DNA of 64,000 nt from a phage, in the sequence record PQ536907.1; one strand, given 5' to 3'. Positions 53,205 through 63,105 of the stretch are shown here, one piece after another. A program made the translations under genes and the position numbers. Every line of letters begins with the position of its first letter. The first letter of the stretch is position 1. The notes below the pieces were generated by a model. The model worked only from the letters and a program-made list of their open reading frames with translations, searched no databases and was not told the DNA's origin.

Positions 53205-55022
53205 CTACTGGCTCATCCATTCTTTACGAAGGTCAGCATTATCTCCCATGAGCATTTCAAAAAGCTCTTTCCAGTTCTCAGGAAGTTTAACAACATCATA
53301 TACTGGATTTTGAATCATCTCACGATATTCAGATTTTTCCAAAGAGCCAAGTCCTTTAATATAACGGATGCTATGTTTAGGTAGAGCATCTTTGGCACTC
53401 TCATATTCAGCGACTGTATAAAACCATTCTTGTTTTTTACCGACCTGAGCGATGATTACCGGAGTTTTGACAAAGCGAATTCGTCCTTGCTCAAACAATT
53501 CTGGCCAATTACTAAAAAACCCGAGCAGAGAAGGATAAATGCTTCCTAGACCATCATGGTCAGCATCAGTCATAATAGCAATATTGCGATAATTCAAGTT
53601 TTCAGCCTTTTCACCAAGAACTAGACCAGTGATTGCGCAAATATCAAATAGTTCTTTGTTTTTAAGCATATCAGCATATGACATACCCCAACTGTTGAGA
53701 ACTTTACCACGCAATGGATAACCACCATGAAGTTCTTTATCACGAACATCAATAAGATATCCGATAGCCGAATCACCCTCAGTCAGGAAAAGAGTAGTGT
53801 CAGCATCTTTACCACAAAGATTCGCTTTGATATGTTTATGAACTTTAGCTTTAGAAGCCTTTTTAGCTGCTTTAGTTTCAGCTGCTTTTTCTGCTGCCAA
53901 TTTACGGGCCAAGGCAGCTTCAATAATTGGCATCAAAATAGCTTCATTATTTAGAATAGCGCGTGAAATCTTTTTAGCATCAAGCTGAATATGACTACGA
54001 ATTTCGCCAAATGGAGAAGTCAAACGCTCTTTAGTTTGAGAATCAAATCGCATGTTTTTCATATCACGAACAAACATAACGATAGTCAAACATTCTTTAA
54101 CACGTGCTTTAGTTACATCAATTTTGAACTTACGTTTGATTTGTGGAATAAGGTCTTCACAAATATCATCCATAACACAGTCAATGTGATGGCCACCATT
54201 CTTAGTGTGAATGTTATTCACGTAAGTTAATTGACGAAATCCATCCGGTGAACGACCAACCGCAATAGAACAATTTTCTTGTTCTTGAACAATAGCATGT
54301 TCATCATACTGTCGTGCATATTTCTTAAAATTGCCCTGAACCTTTTTACCATTAAAGGTAAATTGAATATCAGGATAAACAACAGCAAGTGTCTGGAGAC
54401 GATCTAGTGTAATGTCAAGATAAACTTGGGACAGCTCATTAGTTTCAAATGACATAAAATCTGGAATGAAAGTAACACGAGTTCCTTTCCATTTTCCAGG
54501 AATAGTTTCCCAGGATTTATTTTCCATGCCATTTGAACAACGAACTACAATATTATTTTGACCATCGCCAGTTTCACCGACAAACATCACAGAAAAAATG
54601 TTAGTTAAACTAGAACCAACACCATTCATACCACCGGTGACACGTTCTTTATCATCACCAAAGTTACCACCCGCTTTTGGAATAGTCCAAGCAGCAACTG
54701 GACCAGGAATTTCTTCACCGGTAGGTGTTTTAACCATCGCTTGTGGAATACCACGACCGTTATCTTCAACTGTTACTTGATTGTTTTTAATAGTAACATT
54801 AATTTTATTTGCGAATTTAAACTTAGTACGAATACCTTCATCGACTGAGTTATCGATAATTTCATCAATAAGCTTAACAAGACCAGGTACATACTGAACA
54901 CTTTCCCATTTACCAAACAGAAAGCGCTCATGCATTTCATTAGCAGAAGAGCCAATGTACATGCCACTACGCTTTTTGATATGTTCAATATCGCTCAGAA
55001 TTTTAATTTCATTCTTAATCAT
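53205..55022 (-). CDS. 39: DNA topoisomerase II large (ATPase) subunit gp39, uninterrupted
   Basis: 605 aa from the ATG (the track ORF uses a GTG one codon upstream); single ORF spanning what T4 splits into genes 39 and 60. Confidence 0.92.
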   Translation of the reverse strand: MIKNEIKILSDIEHIKKRSGMYIGSSANEMHERFLFGKWESVQYVPGLVKLIDEIIDNSVDEGIRTKFKFANKINVTIKNNQVTVEDNGRGIPQAMVKTPTGEEIPGPVAAWTIPKAGGNFGDDKERVTGGMNGVGSSLTNIFSVMFVGETGDGQNNIVVRCSNGMENKSWETIPGKWKGTRVTFIPDFMSFETNELSQVYLDITLDRLQTLAVVYPDIQFTFNGKKVQGNFKKYARQYDEHAIVQEQENCSIAVGRSPDGFRQLTYVNNIHTKNGGHHIDCVMDDICEDLIPQIKRKFKIDVTKARVKECLTIVMFVRDMKNMRFDSQTKERLTSPFGEIRSHIQLDAKKISRAILNNEAILMPIIEAALARKLAAEKAAETKAAKKASKAKVHKHIKANLCGKDADTTLFLTEGDSAIGYLIDVRDKELHGGYPLRGKVLNSWGMSYADMLKNKELFDICAITGLVLGEKAENLNYRNIAIMTDADHDGLGSIYPSLLGFFSNWPELFEQGRIRFVKTPVIIAQVGKKQEWFYTVAEYESAKDALPKHSIRYIKGLGSLEKSEYREMIQNPVYDVVKLPENWKELFEMLMGDNADLRKEWMSQ

Positions 55023-55049
55023 CACTTATCCTCGTTTGGTTTCGGGAAT

Positions 55050-55075
55050 ATTATACTCCGGTAATCATAAAGCTA
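55050..55075 (-). promoter_or_regulatory. Putative MotA-dependent middle promoter for gene 39
   Basis: On the - strand: MotA-box-like TAGCTTTA, 11-12 nt, then TATAAT, about 25 nt upstream of the gene 39 start. Confidence 0.45.
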
Positions 55076-55091
55076 AAGGCCCGAAGGCCTT

Positions 55092-55361
55092 TTATTTAAA
55101 ACGAATAGTTGAATCCTTAAAGAACAGCCCAGAACATACTGTTCCTTCTACTTTCTGCCCGGTAGGTCCAATAGCACGAAATCCAGTATGTTGGAAATCA
55201 TTTTCAGAGCAACCGAACCAGTTATATCCAGTGATTTCAATATTAGTAAAACCGCTTGAAGATAAAACTTTGGTTGCATTATCAGCATCAGTACATCCTA
55301 CTAAAGATACTGCTAATACTAATGCTGCAATAGAACGATTAATATATTTCATAATTTTCAC
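55092..55361 (-). CDS. Small lipoprotein (89 aa)
   Basis: Signal peptide with lipobox (LVGCTD); two further Cys residues. Confidence 0.55.
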   Translation of the reverse strand: MKIMKYINRSIAALVLAVSLVGCTDADNATKVLSSSGFTNIEITGYNWFGCSENDFQHTGFRAIGPTGQKVEGTVCSGLFFKDSTIRFK

Positions 55362-55729
55362 TTAAATTTAATGGCTTGAAGAAGACTAATAATTCTCAAG
55401 CGACTTCTTTCATCTTTAACTGTAAAAGAAAGAGGGTCACCAGATTTCATAGTAATAGTACATTCAAAATCAAAATCTTCGGGAACTTCTTCGAATAGGT
55501 CAAATTCTTCATCATAAATTAGAACATTACTCTGAAAACTGTGAAGAATTTTTCCATCATTTCCAGATGCTGTACTAATCATTGTAACATTATTACCTTT
55601 CATATCTTCAACGATAAATTCGCTTGTAGATATTACATTACTAATAGAACCATTCCTATAAATAGCAGAAAATAGATATTTCTTTTCTTCACCTTCGCGA
55701 ATACGATACTTCTTACCGATTTTAAACAT
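55358..55729 (-). CDS. Hypothetical protein (123 aa)
   Basis: ORF with ATGA coupling to the lipoprotein gene. Confidence 0.5.
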   Translation of the reverse strand: MFKIGKKYRIREGEEKKYLFSAIYRNGSISNVISTSEFIVEDMKGNNVTMISTASGNDGKILHSFQSNVLIYDEEFDLFEEVPEDFDFECTITMKSGDPLSFTVKDERSRLRIISLLQAIKFK

Positions 55730-55731
55730 AA

Positions 55732-55908
55732 TTACCCTTTAAGTAAGTCGTAAAAACCGCCATTCACATGCTTAGGAGCAGAAGGCCGACGAGTAGACAG
55801 ACGATGACATTTAGGACAAACATCATTTTCTCGTTCAGAAATCTTTTTAATTTTTTCATATTCATGCCCGCAATCTTCGGATTGGCATTTATAATCATAC
55901 ATTGGCAT
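55732..55908 (-). CDS. FmdB-like zinc-ribbon protein (about 58 aa, below the track cutoff)
   Basis: Hand-translated MPMYDYKCQSEDCGHEYEKIKKISERENDVCPKCH...; the MPxYxYxCxxCG...CPxC pattern is typical of FmdB-family zinc ribbons. Confidence 0.5.
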   Translation of the reverse strand: MPMYDYKCQSEDCGHEYEKIKKISERENDVCPKCHRLSTRRPSAPKHVNGGFYDLLKG

Positions 55909-55910
55909 AA

Positions 55911-56336
55911 TTATTCCTTAAAGTGTGCTTTCAACATCTGATACAAGGACCATGCCTGTTCATTATTTTCAATAGTAACTTTCATGACCGGGAATTCTGT
56001 GAAATCTTCTATTTGTTCTTGCTCTTGCTCTTCCTGCTCTTGCTCTTCAGCTGCCTGATATGGATTTTCCACTTCATCAAAGAACTCGGCTTCGTTAGTA
56101 GAGAGCCAGATAAAGTTTTCGTCAAGGATATCACCATGTGTTGCATATCCAATTGTGCCAGTAAATGACATAATTTTAGTAGGACGACCAAGATGGTCAA
56201 CATCTAAAATTTTAAAAGGATGCATACCTAAACGTCGTGCATAAATTCCGTTATCAGTATGGTCTTTAATAAAAGCTTCTTGAGCTTGTTTATTTTTAAA
56301 TTGATACCATTTATTAACTTCAAATTTAATAGCCAT
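55911..56336 (-). CDS. goF: GoF-like protein (141 aa)
   Basis: 141 aa (T4 GoF length as I recall) with an acidic [12 protein letters not shown] stretch; position after the 39.x ORFs. Confidence 0.55.
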   Translation of the reverse strand: MAIKFEVNKWYQFKNKQAQEAFIKDHTDNGIYARRLGMHPFKILDVDHLGRPTKIMSFTGTIGYATHGDILDENFIWLSTNEAEFFDEVENPYQAAEEQEQEEQEQEQIEDFTEFPVMKVTIENNEQAWSLYQMLKAHFKE

Positions 56337-56584
56337 TAATAAATTTCCTTCCAGTAAGTTGTACCGTCTTCAGTGATTTCACGGAATACACCATAAATCG
56401 GTTGTTTATCACCAACCTTTTCATACACATAAACCGAAGTCAAGTGAGTAAACTTGATGGTGTGTTCCTTTTGAACTACTACCAAATCTGGATCAAATAA
56501 TACATCTTCAAATTCGTCATTAGTGCAATTCTGAACAATTTTACGTTTCATTACAATTTCCTCATTAATTGAACAGTGGAGCAA
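56336..56584 (-). CDS. Hypothetical protein (82 aa; 71 aa from the internal Met, possibly Cef-like)
   Basis: ORF; the internal Met gives 71 aa, the T4 Cef length; position next to goF. Confidence 0.45.
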   Translation of the reverse strand: MLHCSINEEIVMKRKIVQNCTNDEFEDVLFDPDLVVVQKEHTIKFTHLTSVYVYEKVGDKQPIYGVFREITEDGTTYWKEIY

Positions 56585-56846
56585 TGCGTTTCAGAAGAGT
56601 AGCAGCACCTTTGGCGAATTTTACATCATGAAAAACAGTTTCTTCTTCCGTTACAACACGAGCTTTAATGTTTTCACAATCCCAATTTTTACGAACAATC
56701 TTCAAAAGCTGCAGTAAATCTTTACATTCAGCAATATCGATAACACATCCACGAGAATCTTCCATTATCGCACGATAACCATAAGCCATACCATAATCGT
56801 TGAAAGATTGCTCGATGATAATTAAGTTTTCCATTTTATTCTCCAA
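56565..56846 (-). CDS. Hypothetical protein (93 aa)
   Basis: ORF. Confidence 0.45.
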   Translation of the reverse strand: MENKMENLIIIEQSFNDYGMAYGYRAIMEDSRGCVIDIAECKDLLQLLKIVRKNWDCENIKARVVTEEETVFHDVKFAKGAATLLKRIAPLFN

Positions 56847-56931
56847 GTTGTTTTCTGTATCAGTAGTTGATATTGATATAGTACCATAATCAACTACTGA
56901 TGTATATAGTTTTATGAAAAAATTTTAAACT

Positions 56932-57423
56932 TTATGCATAGCGAGCTTTGCTATAGTGTTTAATCCAACTTTCAGGAATGACTTTATATGTTCCTAAAAA
57001 TACCGTGTTGTACAGCTTAACACCGTCTTCTACCCATTGATCGGTAATGTATGCACACATAGCGCGAGTACGGTTAACAACACCTTCCTCACCTTCAGTA
57101 AATTCAAACTCATAAGGAGCAACGAACTTGATAGCTTGACCGAGTTTCCACTTAAAGTCTACACCTACATGCGAAGTATCAATCGTTTCAATTCCTTTAG
57201 CGGGAACAGCTTTCAAAAACGCAGGCTCAAGAAATTTCCATCGAACATAACCAAACTGAGGTTTAGACATTCCATCTTTAGGAATGATACGCACTTTTAC
57301 TTCAGAATCTTCATCTTTAACACCATGTTTAAGCTGAATGCTTACGACTTCAACCAATTTTCCTGCTGCTTTAGAACGGGATTTATCAGATACACGAGCA
57401 ATTTCACCGATATTAATATTCAT
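56932..57423 (-). CDS. MotB-like protein (163 aa)
   Basis: Size and position consistent with T4 motB (162 aa); C-terminal ITDQWVEDGVKLYNTVFLGTYKVIP shared with the next ORF. Confidence 0.5.
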   Translation of the reverse strand: MNINIGEIARVSDKSRSKAAGKLVEVVSIQLKHGVKDEDSEVKVRIIPKDGMSKPQFGYVRWKFLEPAFLKAVPAKGIETIDTSHVGVDFKWKLGQAIKFVAPYEFEFTEGEEGVVNRTRAMCAYITDQWVEDGVKLYNTVFLGTYKVIPESWIKHYSKARYA

Positions 57424-57496
57424 AATTATCTCTCACTTGTTAAAAAGATTTTATACTCCGCAGGACCATTATACTCTGGTCCCAAGAGTTTGTAAA

Positions 57497-58000
57497 CTAG
57501 CTTACACGAACATTAATCACTGCGCTGCGAGGAACTACAGAGTACTCTCCAGCATGAACTACGTTCAGAAGTTCAACGCCATCTTCAATCCACTGGTCAG
57601 TTACCCAACCACCGACCGGATTCGCGAATGGACGACGAATGTAAACCGCCTTACACAACAAATCAGTCGGGTCTTCAATTTTTTCAACTGGTGCCACATA
57701 CATAGAAACTAAATCCATATCAATATGGAATTTTTCCTGTTCTTCTTTTTCAATTTCTGTCAATAGACTAAAATCTTTTTCATAAATAATAAGCGATGAC
57801 ACCATTCCATAATAGTTTCTAATTTCAATATACATCATGCCGATAAGAATTCCGCTATTAACACTAATAACAGTAAAAGGATATCCGCCAGTTAAAGCAA
57901 GAAGTTCACAAAACTTATTATGAGATGTATTAGACAGTACCGGAAAATTCTTAATTTCATCAAATTTTTTCAATTGATAAACAGCATTATTTTTAATCAT
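57497..58000 (-). CDS. Hypothetical protein, C-terminal paralog of the MotB-like ORF (167 aa)
   Basis: C-terminal VTDQWIEDGVELLNVVHAGEYSVVP is similar to the 56932-57423 product. Confidence 0.5.
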   Translation of the reverse strand: MIKNNAVYQLKKFDEIKNFPVLSNTSHNKFCELLALTGGYPFTVISVNSGILIGMMYIEIRNYYGMVSSLIIYEKDFSLLTEIEKEEQEKFHIDMDLVSMYVAPVEKIEDPTDLLCKAVYIRRPFANPVGGWVTDQWIEDGVELLNVVHAGEYSVVPRSAVINVRVS

Positions 58001-58010
58001 AATTTTCTCT

Positions 58011-58562
58011 TTAATCTAAGGTAATAAAGCCTTTTAATTCGGCATGCGATTTGCGGAACATTACTTGATGTCCGCCAATGATAACTTGGTCATCTGGCAC
58101 TTCATAAATCGCAATGTACATTCCACGTTCTTTTAAGTCTTCACGCTCTTCTCGAGTGAACCATCTCATCATATCATATTCACTAGCGAAAGCAAAATGA
58201 TATAATGCAATAAACCATAATGGAATATAATTTTCAATTCGTGAATAATCTTTATTCCATTTAGTTTTAATAACATCATTAGCATTTTCAACTAATAACT
58301 TATCATCGTGTGGAATAGGAATACTTTCATGGCTTTCATAATTATCGCTATGATGATGAAATGACGATGAATTAATACCGCAAAATTTTAGCCAAGTTCG
58401 AGTTTTCATAGAATCAAATCCACGATAAGGAGTTGATTGAACGCATAACTCTTGCCTAATTTTGACTATACCACTATCATCATTTAATGCGCTAAACGAT
58501 GATTCAACACGATAAATTTTCATTTTATTATCCTCAGTAGCTATGGTGTTATAATACCACAA
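58011..58562 (-). CDS. Hypothetical protein (183 aa)
   Basis: ORF upstream of dexA. Confidence 0.5.
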   Translation of the reverse strand: MWYYNTIATEDNKMKIYRVESSFSALNDDSGIVKIRQELCVQSTPYRGFDSMKTRTWLKFCGINSSSFHHHSDNYESHESIPIPHDDKLLVENANDVIKTKWNKDYSRIENYIPLWFIALYHFAFASEYDMMRWFTREEREDLKERGMYIAIYEVPDDQVIIGGHQVMFRKSHAELKGFITLD

Positions 58563-58586
58563 CTAACCGAGGAAGTAAACAACTTT

Positions 58587-59270
58587 TTATCGTTTTGTTG
58601 GAAGAGACAGAGGATCGCAATCTTCCTCTGACGGAGCATCTTCAAGACCCATAGCGTATCGCAAAGCATACTTCATCATCAGGATGTCTTTCGCACAGTC
58701 ATGAATAGAATCATGTGCAACGAATCCATCTAAAGTTCCCTTTGGAAGAGGACACGTGGTCATATCACGAACAAGCAGAAGTGCTTCAATTCTGGTACGA
58801 ATATCACGCTGATTCCAGAATTTACATGGTTCTAACTTAAATGTATCAAGCTCATTCTCGGAAACGCCATTAAGACGTTGAATATCGCGAATGAGATCGA
58901 CTAAAATTGGAAAATCAAACGACATTCCACGGCACCAGCCTTGAGATTTCCAAGGATCGATATTATGTGCATTGATGTAATCGTTGAATTTTGCAATACC
59001 ATCAATGGTGCTTACATCTTCATCGGATGGTGCAATATTTTTTCGAGCTTCAGGAGACTGATTTTTCCACCATTCGATAGTGCTTTTAGTAAAAAGACGA
59101 TGTCCTTTTTGGCTTTTTAAATCAAATTTGATTTTAATGCCACGTGAAACTAGTTCATCGAATGATTCAACTACTTCTGGGTTAGGGTCAAAAGCAATTA
59201 CAGCCAAATCAATAACAGCTGCTTTTTCACCGCTTCCCATTGTTTCAAAATCTATAATAAAATCAAACAT
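58587..59270 (-). CDS. dexA: Exonuclease A (DEDD-type 3'-5' exonuclease)
   Basis: 227 aa (T4 DexA length); N-terminal DFETMG (Exo I D-x-E motif). Confidence 0.85.
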   Translation of the reverse strand: MFDFIIDFETMGSGEKAAVIDLAVIAFDPNPEVVESFDELVSRGIKIKFDLKSQKGHRLFTKSTIEWWKNQSPEARKNIAPSDEDVSTIDGIAKFNDYINAHNIDPWKSQGWCRGMSFDFPILVDLIRDIQRLNGVSENELDTFKLEPCKFWNQRDIRTRIEALLLVRDMTTCPLPKGTLDGFVAHDSIHDCAKDILMMKYALRYAMGLEDAPSEEDCDPLSLPTKR

Positions 59271-59527
59271 TAAATTTTCCTCGCTAAATCACGAATTTGG
59301 CCTACAGTATAGTCTTGAATATAAACTTTATTAATAGGCTCATCAATAAATTTTGCCATAGATTCAATATCTTTTTGTATCTCTTCAAGACTGTATACTA
59401 TCTTTAAAGCTTTTTCGCGAATAGTAACATTATCAGGTCCTGAATTTTCTTGAATGACAGCTTTAACATTTGCCATAAGAGATTTAAACTGGTACCAACT
59501 TAATTCAATCATTAATAATCGCCTCAT
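59270..59527 (-). CDS. Hypothetical protein (85 aa)
   Basis: ORF; weak similarity to the following ORF (LEEIxKDI / LEEIERDL). Confidence 0.45.
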   Translation of the reverse strand: MRRLLMIELSWYQFKSLMANVKAVIQENSGPDNVTIREKALKIVYSLEEIQKDIESMAKFIDEPINKVYIQDYTVGQIRDLARKI

Positions 59528-59765
59528 AAAGATAGCTAATTTCGCCTAAAACGTAATCATTGATTGTAACAGTTTTCACTTCACCACAAAAGAATTCTAA
59601 CGCAATTAAATCTCGTTCAATTTCTTCTAATTGAAGCATCAACTTACTAGATTCAATTTTTACAGTTTCACGATTTTTACCATGAGCAATTTCATAAATT
59701 TCGCTCACTTTATCCTGAAGAAGATAAAACTGATCTTTAGTTATTTCCACGAATAGCTTCCTCAA
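59505..59765 (-). CDS. Hypothetical protein (86 aa)
   Basis: ORF overlapping both neighbours. Confidence 0.45.
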   Translation of the reverse strand: MRKLFVEITKDQFYLLQDKVSEIYEIAHGKNRETVKIESSKLMLQLEEIERDLIALEFFCGEVKTVTINDYVLGEISYLYEAIIND

Positions 59766-59997
59766 ATTTAATTAGTAATTTACAGACACTTTCATCTAGT
59801 GTAATTACCGTATCTGTATTACTGTGATATGATTGTTTTTCAATTCGTTTAATTGCTAATATAGTATCACTTATAAGATAAAGCTTATGAAGGAGCTCAG
59901 CTCCTGTTACCATAACATTAAGATTATCTTGCTTATTAGTATGCTTCCTTATACCATCTATTAGACGATTTAAATATTTTGAATTGATGTTAATCAT
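59737..59997 (-). CDS. Hypothetical protein (86 aa)
   Basis: ORF. Confidence 0.45.
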   Translation of the reverse strand: MININSKYLNRLIDGIRKHTNKQDNLNVMVTGAELLHKLYLISDTILAIKRIEKQSYHSNTDTVITLDESVCKLLIKFEEAIRGNN

Positions 59998-60003
59998 ATA
60001 TCC

Positions 60004-61323
60004 TCACACATAAAACACATCATAACGACCACGGGTAACACCAACATAAAGAAGTTGTTGGGCCAATTCAGCATCTGCATAATGAATACAAGGCGTATAA
60101 ATGAAAGCACGGTCTACAGACATACCCTGAGCTTTATGGAATGTTGATGCAGGAAGTGCTTTCACTTTACTAAACTGTGATTTAGCATCCCAAAAATCAC
60201 TCCACGGAGCTTTTCCGCCTTTGTTCCAATTTTTATAAGTTTCTGCAGTTTTACCTAAAAATAGGTTAAACTTATATAGCTCTTCATCAGATGAAATTAT
60301 TTTAATCTTTTCACGATAATATTCATCATCGCCGTAAGTTTCTACTGTTAAATCCCAATGACGAATTAAGTATTCTCCAGGAACACCACGGGCTTTAACA
60401 AACGTTGATGTATACTCTGCTTCTATAATACGAACTAATTGTCCGTTATTAAAAATAATTTCTGACACAGGCTTTCCATCAATTTTATATGTTTTAATTA
60501 ATGGTTCCTGCATTACAATAATTTCACCTACAATAAAATCTTTATCAGTTTCAAAAATCTTTTTACGAATAATGCTATTTAACTTGTCAACAGATTTATT
60601 CGTAAATGCCATTACGCGATTTTCAAACAAATCATCTAGAGATTTGACGATTGAAAAATAATTTACCATAAAATCGCGTAAAGCGGTATCACCTGTAAAT
60701 CCACGTACTCCATGCCCGTCAACAACTTTATCATAAATCCACTTACCGTTGCGAACATCAGTAGCTACATCAATAATAGGAGCATTACTGCGTTTAACTT
60801 CAGTAAGTTCACACTGATAAAAATCTTTGTGTATAAAGAATGGACTGATATAAGCAGTATTTTCTCCTGGATCAACAGGTCTAATTTGCTTATTATCCCC
60901 TATTCCAATTATGGTACACCATGGCGGGATAGTTGAAAGCAGAATTTTAAATAGCTTTCTATCATACATTGACACTTCGTCGCAGATTAATACCCTGCAT
61001 TTAGCTAAATCTGGTACTTCTTTTTGTTCAAAAAGAACGTTTTCTTCATATGTTACTGGGTTAATTTTAAGAATACTATGAATAGTACTCGCTTCTTTCC
61101 CTGATAGTTTTGAAAGAATCTTTTTAGCCGCATGCGTAGGAGCTGCTAAAATAATACCAGTTTCACCCGTAGATATTAAAGCTTCAATGATGAATTTAGT
61201 AAGAGTAGTCTTACCGGTACCAGCAGGTCCATTAATAGTTACATGATGTTTCTTTTCTTTAATAGCCTTCATAACAATGTTAAAGGCATTTTTCTGGCCT
61301 TCGGTCAAATCATCAAATGTCAT
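60004..61323 (-). CDS. dda: DNA helicase Dda (SF1B)
   Basis: 439 aa (T4 Dda length); Walker A GPAGTGKTT; synteny dexA-dda-srd. Confidence 0.92.
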   Translation of the reverse strand: MTFDDLTEGQKNAFNIVMKAIKEKKHHVTINGPAGTGKTTLTKFIIEALISTGETGIILAAPTHAAKKILSKLSGKEASTIHSILKINPVTYEENVLFEQKEVPDLAKCRVLICDEVSMYDRKLFKILLSTIPPWCTIIGIGDNKQIRPVDPGENTAYISPFFIHKDFYQCELTEVKRSNAPIIDVATDVRNGKWIYDKVVDGHGVRGFTGDTALRDFMVNYFSIVKSLDDLFENRVMAFTNKSVDKLNSIIRKKIFETDKDFIVGEIIVMQEPLIKTYKIDGKPVSEIIFNNGQLVRIIEAEYTSTFVKARGVPGEYLIRHWDLTVETYGDDEYYREKIKIISSDEELYKFNLFLGKTAETYKNWNKGGKAPWSDFWDAKSQFSKVKALPASTFHKAQGMSVDRAFIYTPCIHYADAELAQQLLYVGVTRGRYDVFYV

Positions 61324-61631
61324 CGGAAAGTCCCTGCAATTGGAATACTAACAATACGCCCAGTATCTAAAATTCGCTGATATAATCTTTGTGTGTCTAC
61401 GTCAGGCTTAACATGTTTAACTTCTATTTTATTAAACCAAAACTTGCGTGGAGTCTCAACTAATCTTGGAATTCCCTTACCTAAAGCTAATCGATACTGC
61501 TCTTTAAGAGTAGTAAATACTTTATCAGCAATATTCCATTCAAAAAATACAGCAGGACGATGTTCATCAAGTGGAACTGGCGCCGTAAATCCGTCTTTGT
61601 CTCGGTAAACTATCGCATATACATAAACCAT
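61320..61631 (-). CDS. Hypothetical protein (dda.1-like, 103 aa)
   Basis: ORF with ATGA coupling to dda. Confidence 0.5.
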   Translation of the reverse strand: MVYVYAIVYRDKDGFTAPVPLDEHRPAVFFEWNIADKVFTTLKEQYRLALGKGIPRLVETPRKFWFNKIEVKHVKPDVDTQRLYQRILDTGRIVSIPIAGTFR

Positions 61632-61632
61632 A

Positions 61633-62379
61633 TTATCCTCGGATAAGTTTAAAAATTGAACAATTTAGCGGGTATCCTCTTTTCAGTTTAAGTTTATCAA
61701 TAAAAGACAAGTTTTGATACCGCTCTACACCTTGAATAATTTTATCACACATATCATATTGCATTTCTGCTTCTGACAACTTTTTCACAATTTTCCAATC
61801 CGAGCCTTTAAGAAGAACGTTCAGTTTAACAACTTCAGCGCCTTCTGCTATGCGAGAACCATCAATACGAGCTTTAAGTGCTATAATTCTTAGCTTAATG
61901 TCAGAGGTCTGTTTTGATTTAGAAAGCTGAGAAATGTGTTCAATTCGGTTTTCACGTTTTTTCTGTATAGCTTTAATTTGATTATAAGTCTTTTTGATTT
62001 TAGCCCATTTCTTTTCATCTAAATTTAGTTTATGAACTTTTTTCGCAGATGAACGACCAATTCGCAAAGCAAATAAATCCCGTTTTTCAATCAACTCCTC
62101 TAAAGTATAATCAGAACGAAATGTATTATACTTTTTCTTTACTGCAATAACATTCCCTTTAATGTATCCAACGTTATTATCAAAACGTTCTAATGATAAT
62201 TTCTCTCCTTCAATACGATTATCAAAAGGTTCTCCCGAGTAAGCACAAACTTTTTGATCTAAAATGTTCTTAATGTAATTGAAGTCTAAGTTAAAATCTT
62301 TAGAACGTCTTTTTGCAGATGCCTGAGTATGCTCTAAACGACGTTTAATTTTACGAATTTGATTATTAGACAGCTTCAT
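61633..62379 (-). CDS. srd: Srd-like protein (sigma-similarity domain protein)
   Basis: 248 aa, basic; position between dda.1 and modA as in T4. Confidence 0.6.
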   Translation of the reverse strand: MKLSNNQIRKIKRRLEHTQASAKRRSKDFNLDFNYIKNILDQKVCAYSGEPFDNRIEGEKLSLERFDNNVGYIKGNVIAVKKKYNTFRSDYTLEELIEKRDLFALRIGRSSAKKVHKLNLDEKKWAKIKKTYNQIKAIQKKRENRIEHISQLSKSKQTSDIKLRIIALKARIDGSRIAEGAEVVKLNVLLKGSDWKIVKKLSEAEMQYDMCDKIIQGVERYQNLSFIDKLKLKRGYPLNCSIFKLIRG

Positions 62380-62502
62380 ATTTTTCTCACATCTTACGGA
62401 CGGTTAACTACTTATACTATAACATTTTTACCTTAACTTGTAAACAACTTTATGTAAAAATGCTTTAAAACTTTCATGGTATAATGAATCTAAGTCCTTC
62501 CA

Positions 62503-63105
62503 TTATAGATTAAATCCTTCAAAATCAAGAGTATAGATAGTGTATGTTGAATACTTTTTATACTCATATCTATCTGCAATTCTAAATACACTTCCAGCTG
62601 GTATCATTACTTCTTGTTCATCTGAAACTAATTCCATATTACGATAACGATGGCTATCCGGAAACTTAAAGTTTGGATTGTATTCTTTACAGCGTAGAGC
62701 TTTTATAGCATACTCCTGGAAATTGAATACCATAGGAGCTTTGAATTCAAAAATAACCTGTGTGTTATACTCTAAACCGGAAGCAAAATGTAGAGCTATA
62801 TTTTTATCATATGAAGCTGATACGACTTTATCAAATGTAATAATATCAATTCCTTGATTTAACACCTGCTTAGTCTCAGCTGGAACACCTCTCCAAAGAG
62901 GTTTATCGTTTGGAACCAAACGAGATTTGATTATTTCATTTAACCAAGTATGGTCATCTGGCTTATTAGTAATACAATGAATTAAAAGTTCAATTTCAGA
63001 TAAATTAAACCCTTCAGAAAGCAATTCTTCACGAATAGAAGCACGCACCGATGCATCCATTGATTTTATTTTAAAATCTTTTAGTTGCATTACTGAGTAT
63101 TTCAT
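62503..63105 (-). CDS. modA: ADP-ribosyltransferase ModA
   Basis: 200 aa (T4 ModA length); R-S-E-type motifs (LWRG...EQEVMIP). Confidence 0.85.
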   Translation of the reverse strand: MKYSVMQLKDFKIKSMDASVRASIREELLSEGFNLSEIELLIHCITNKPDDHTWLNEIIKSRLVPNDKPLWRGVPAETKQVLNQGIDIITFDKVVSASYDKNIALHFASGLEYNTQVIFEFKAPMVFNFQEYAIKALRCKEYNPNFKFPDSHRYRNMELVSDEQEVMIPAGSVFRIADRYEYKKYSTYTIYTLDFEGFNL

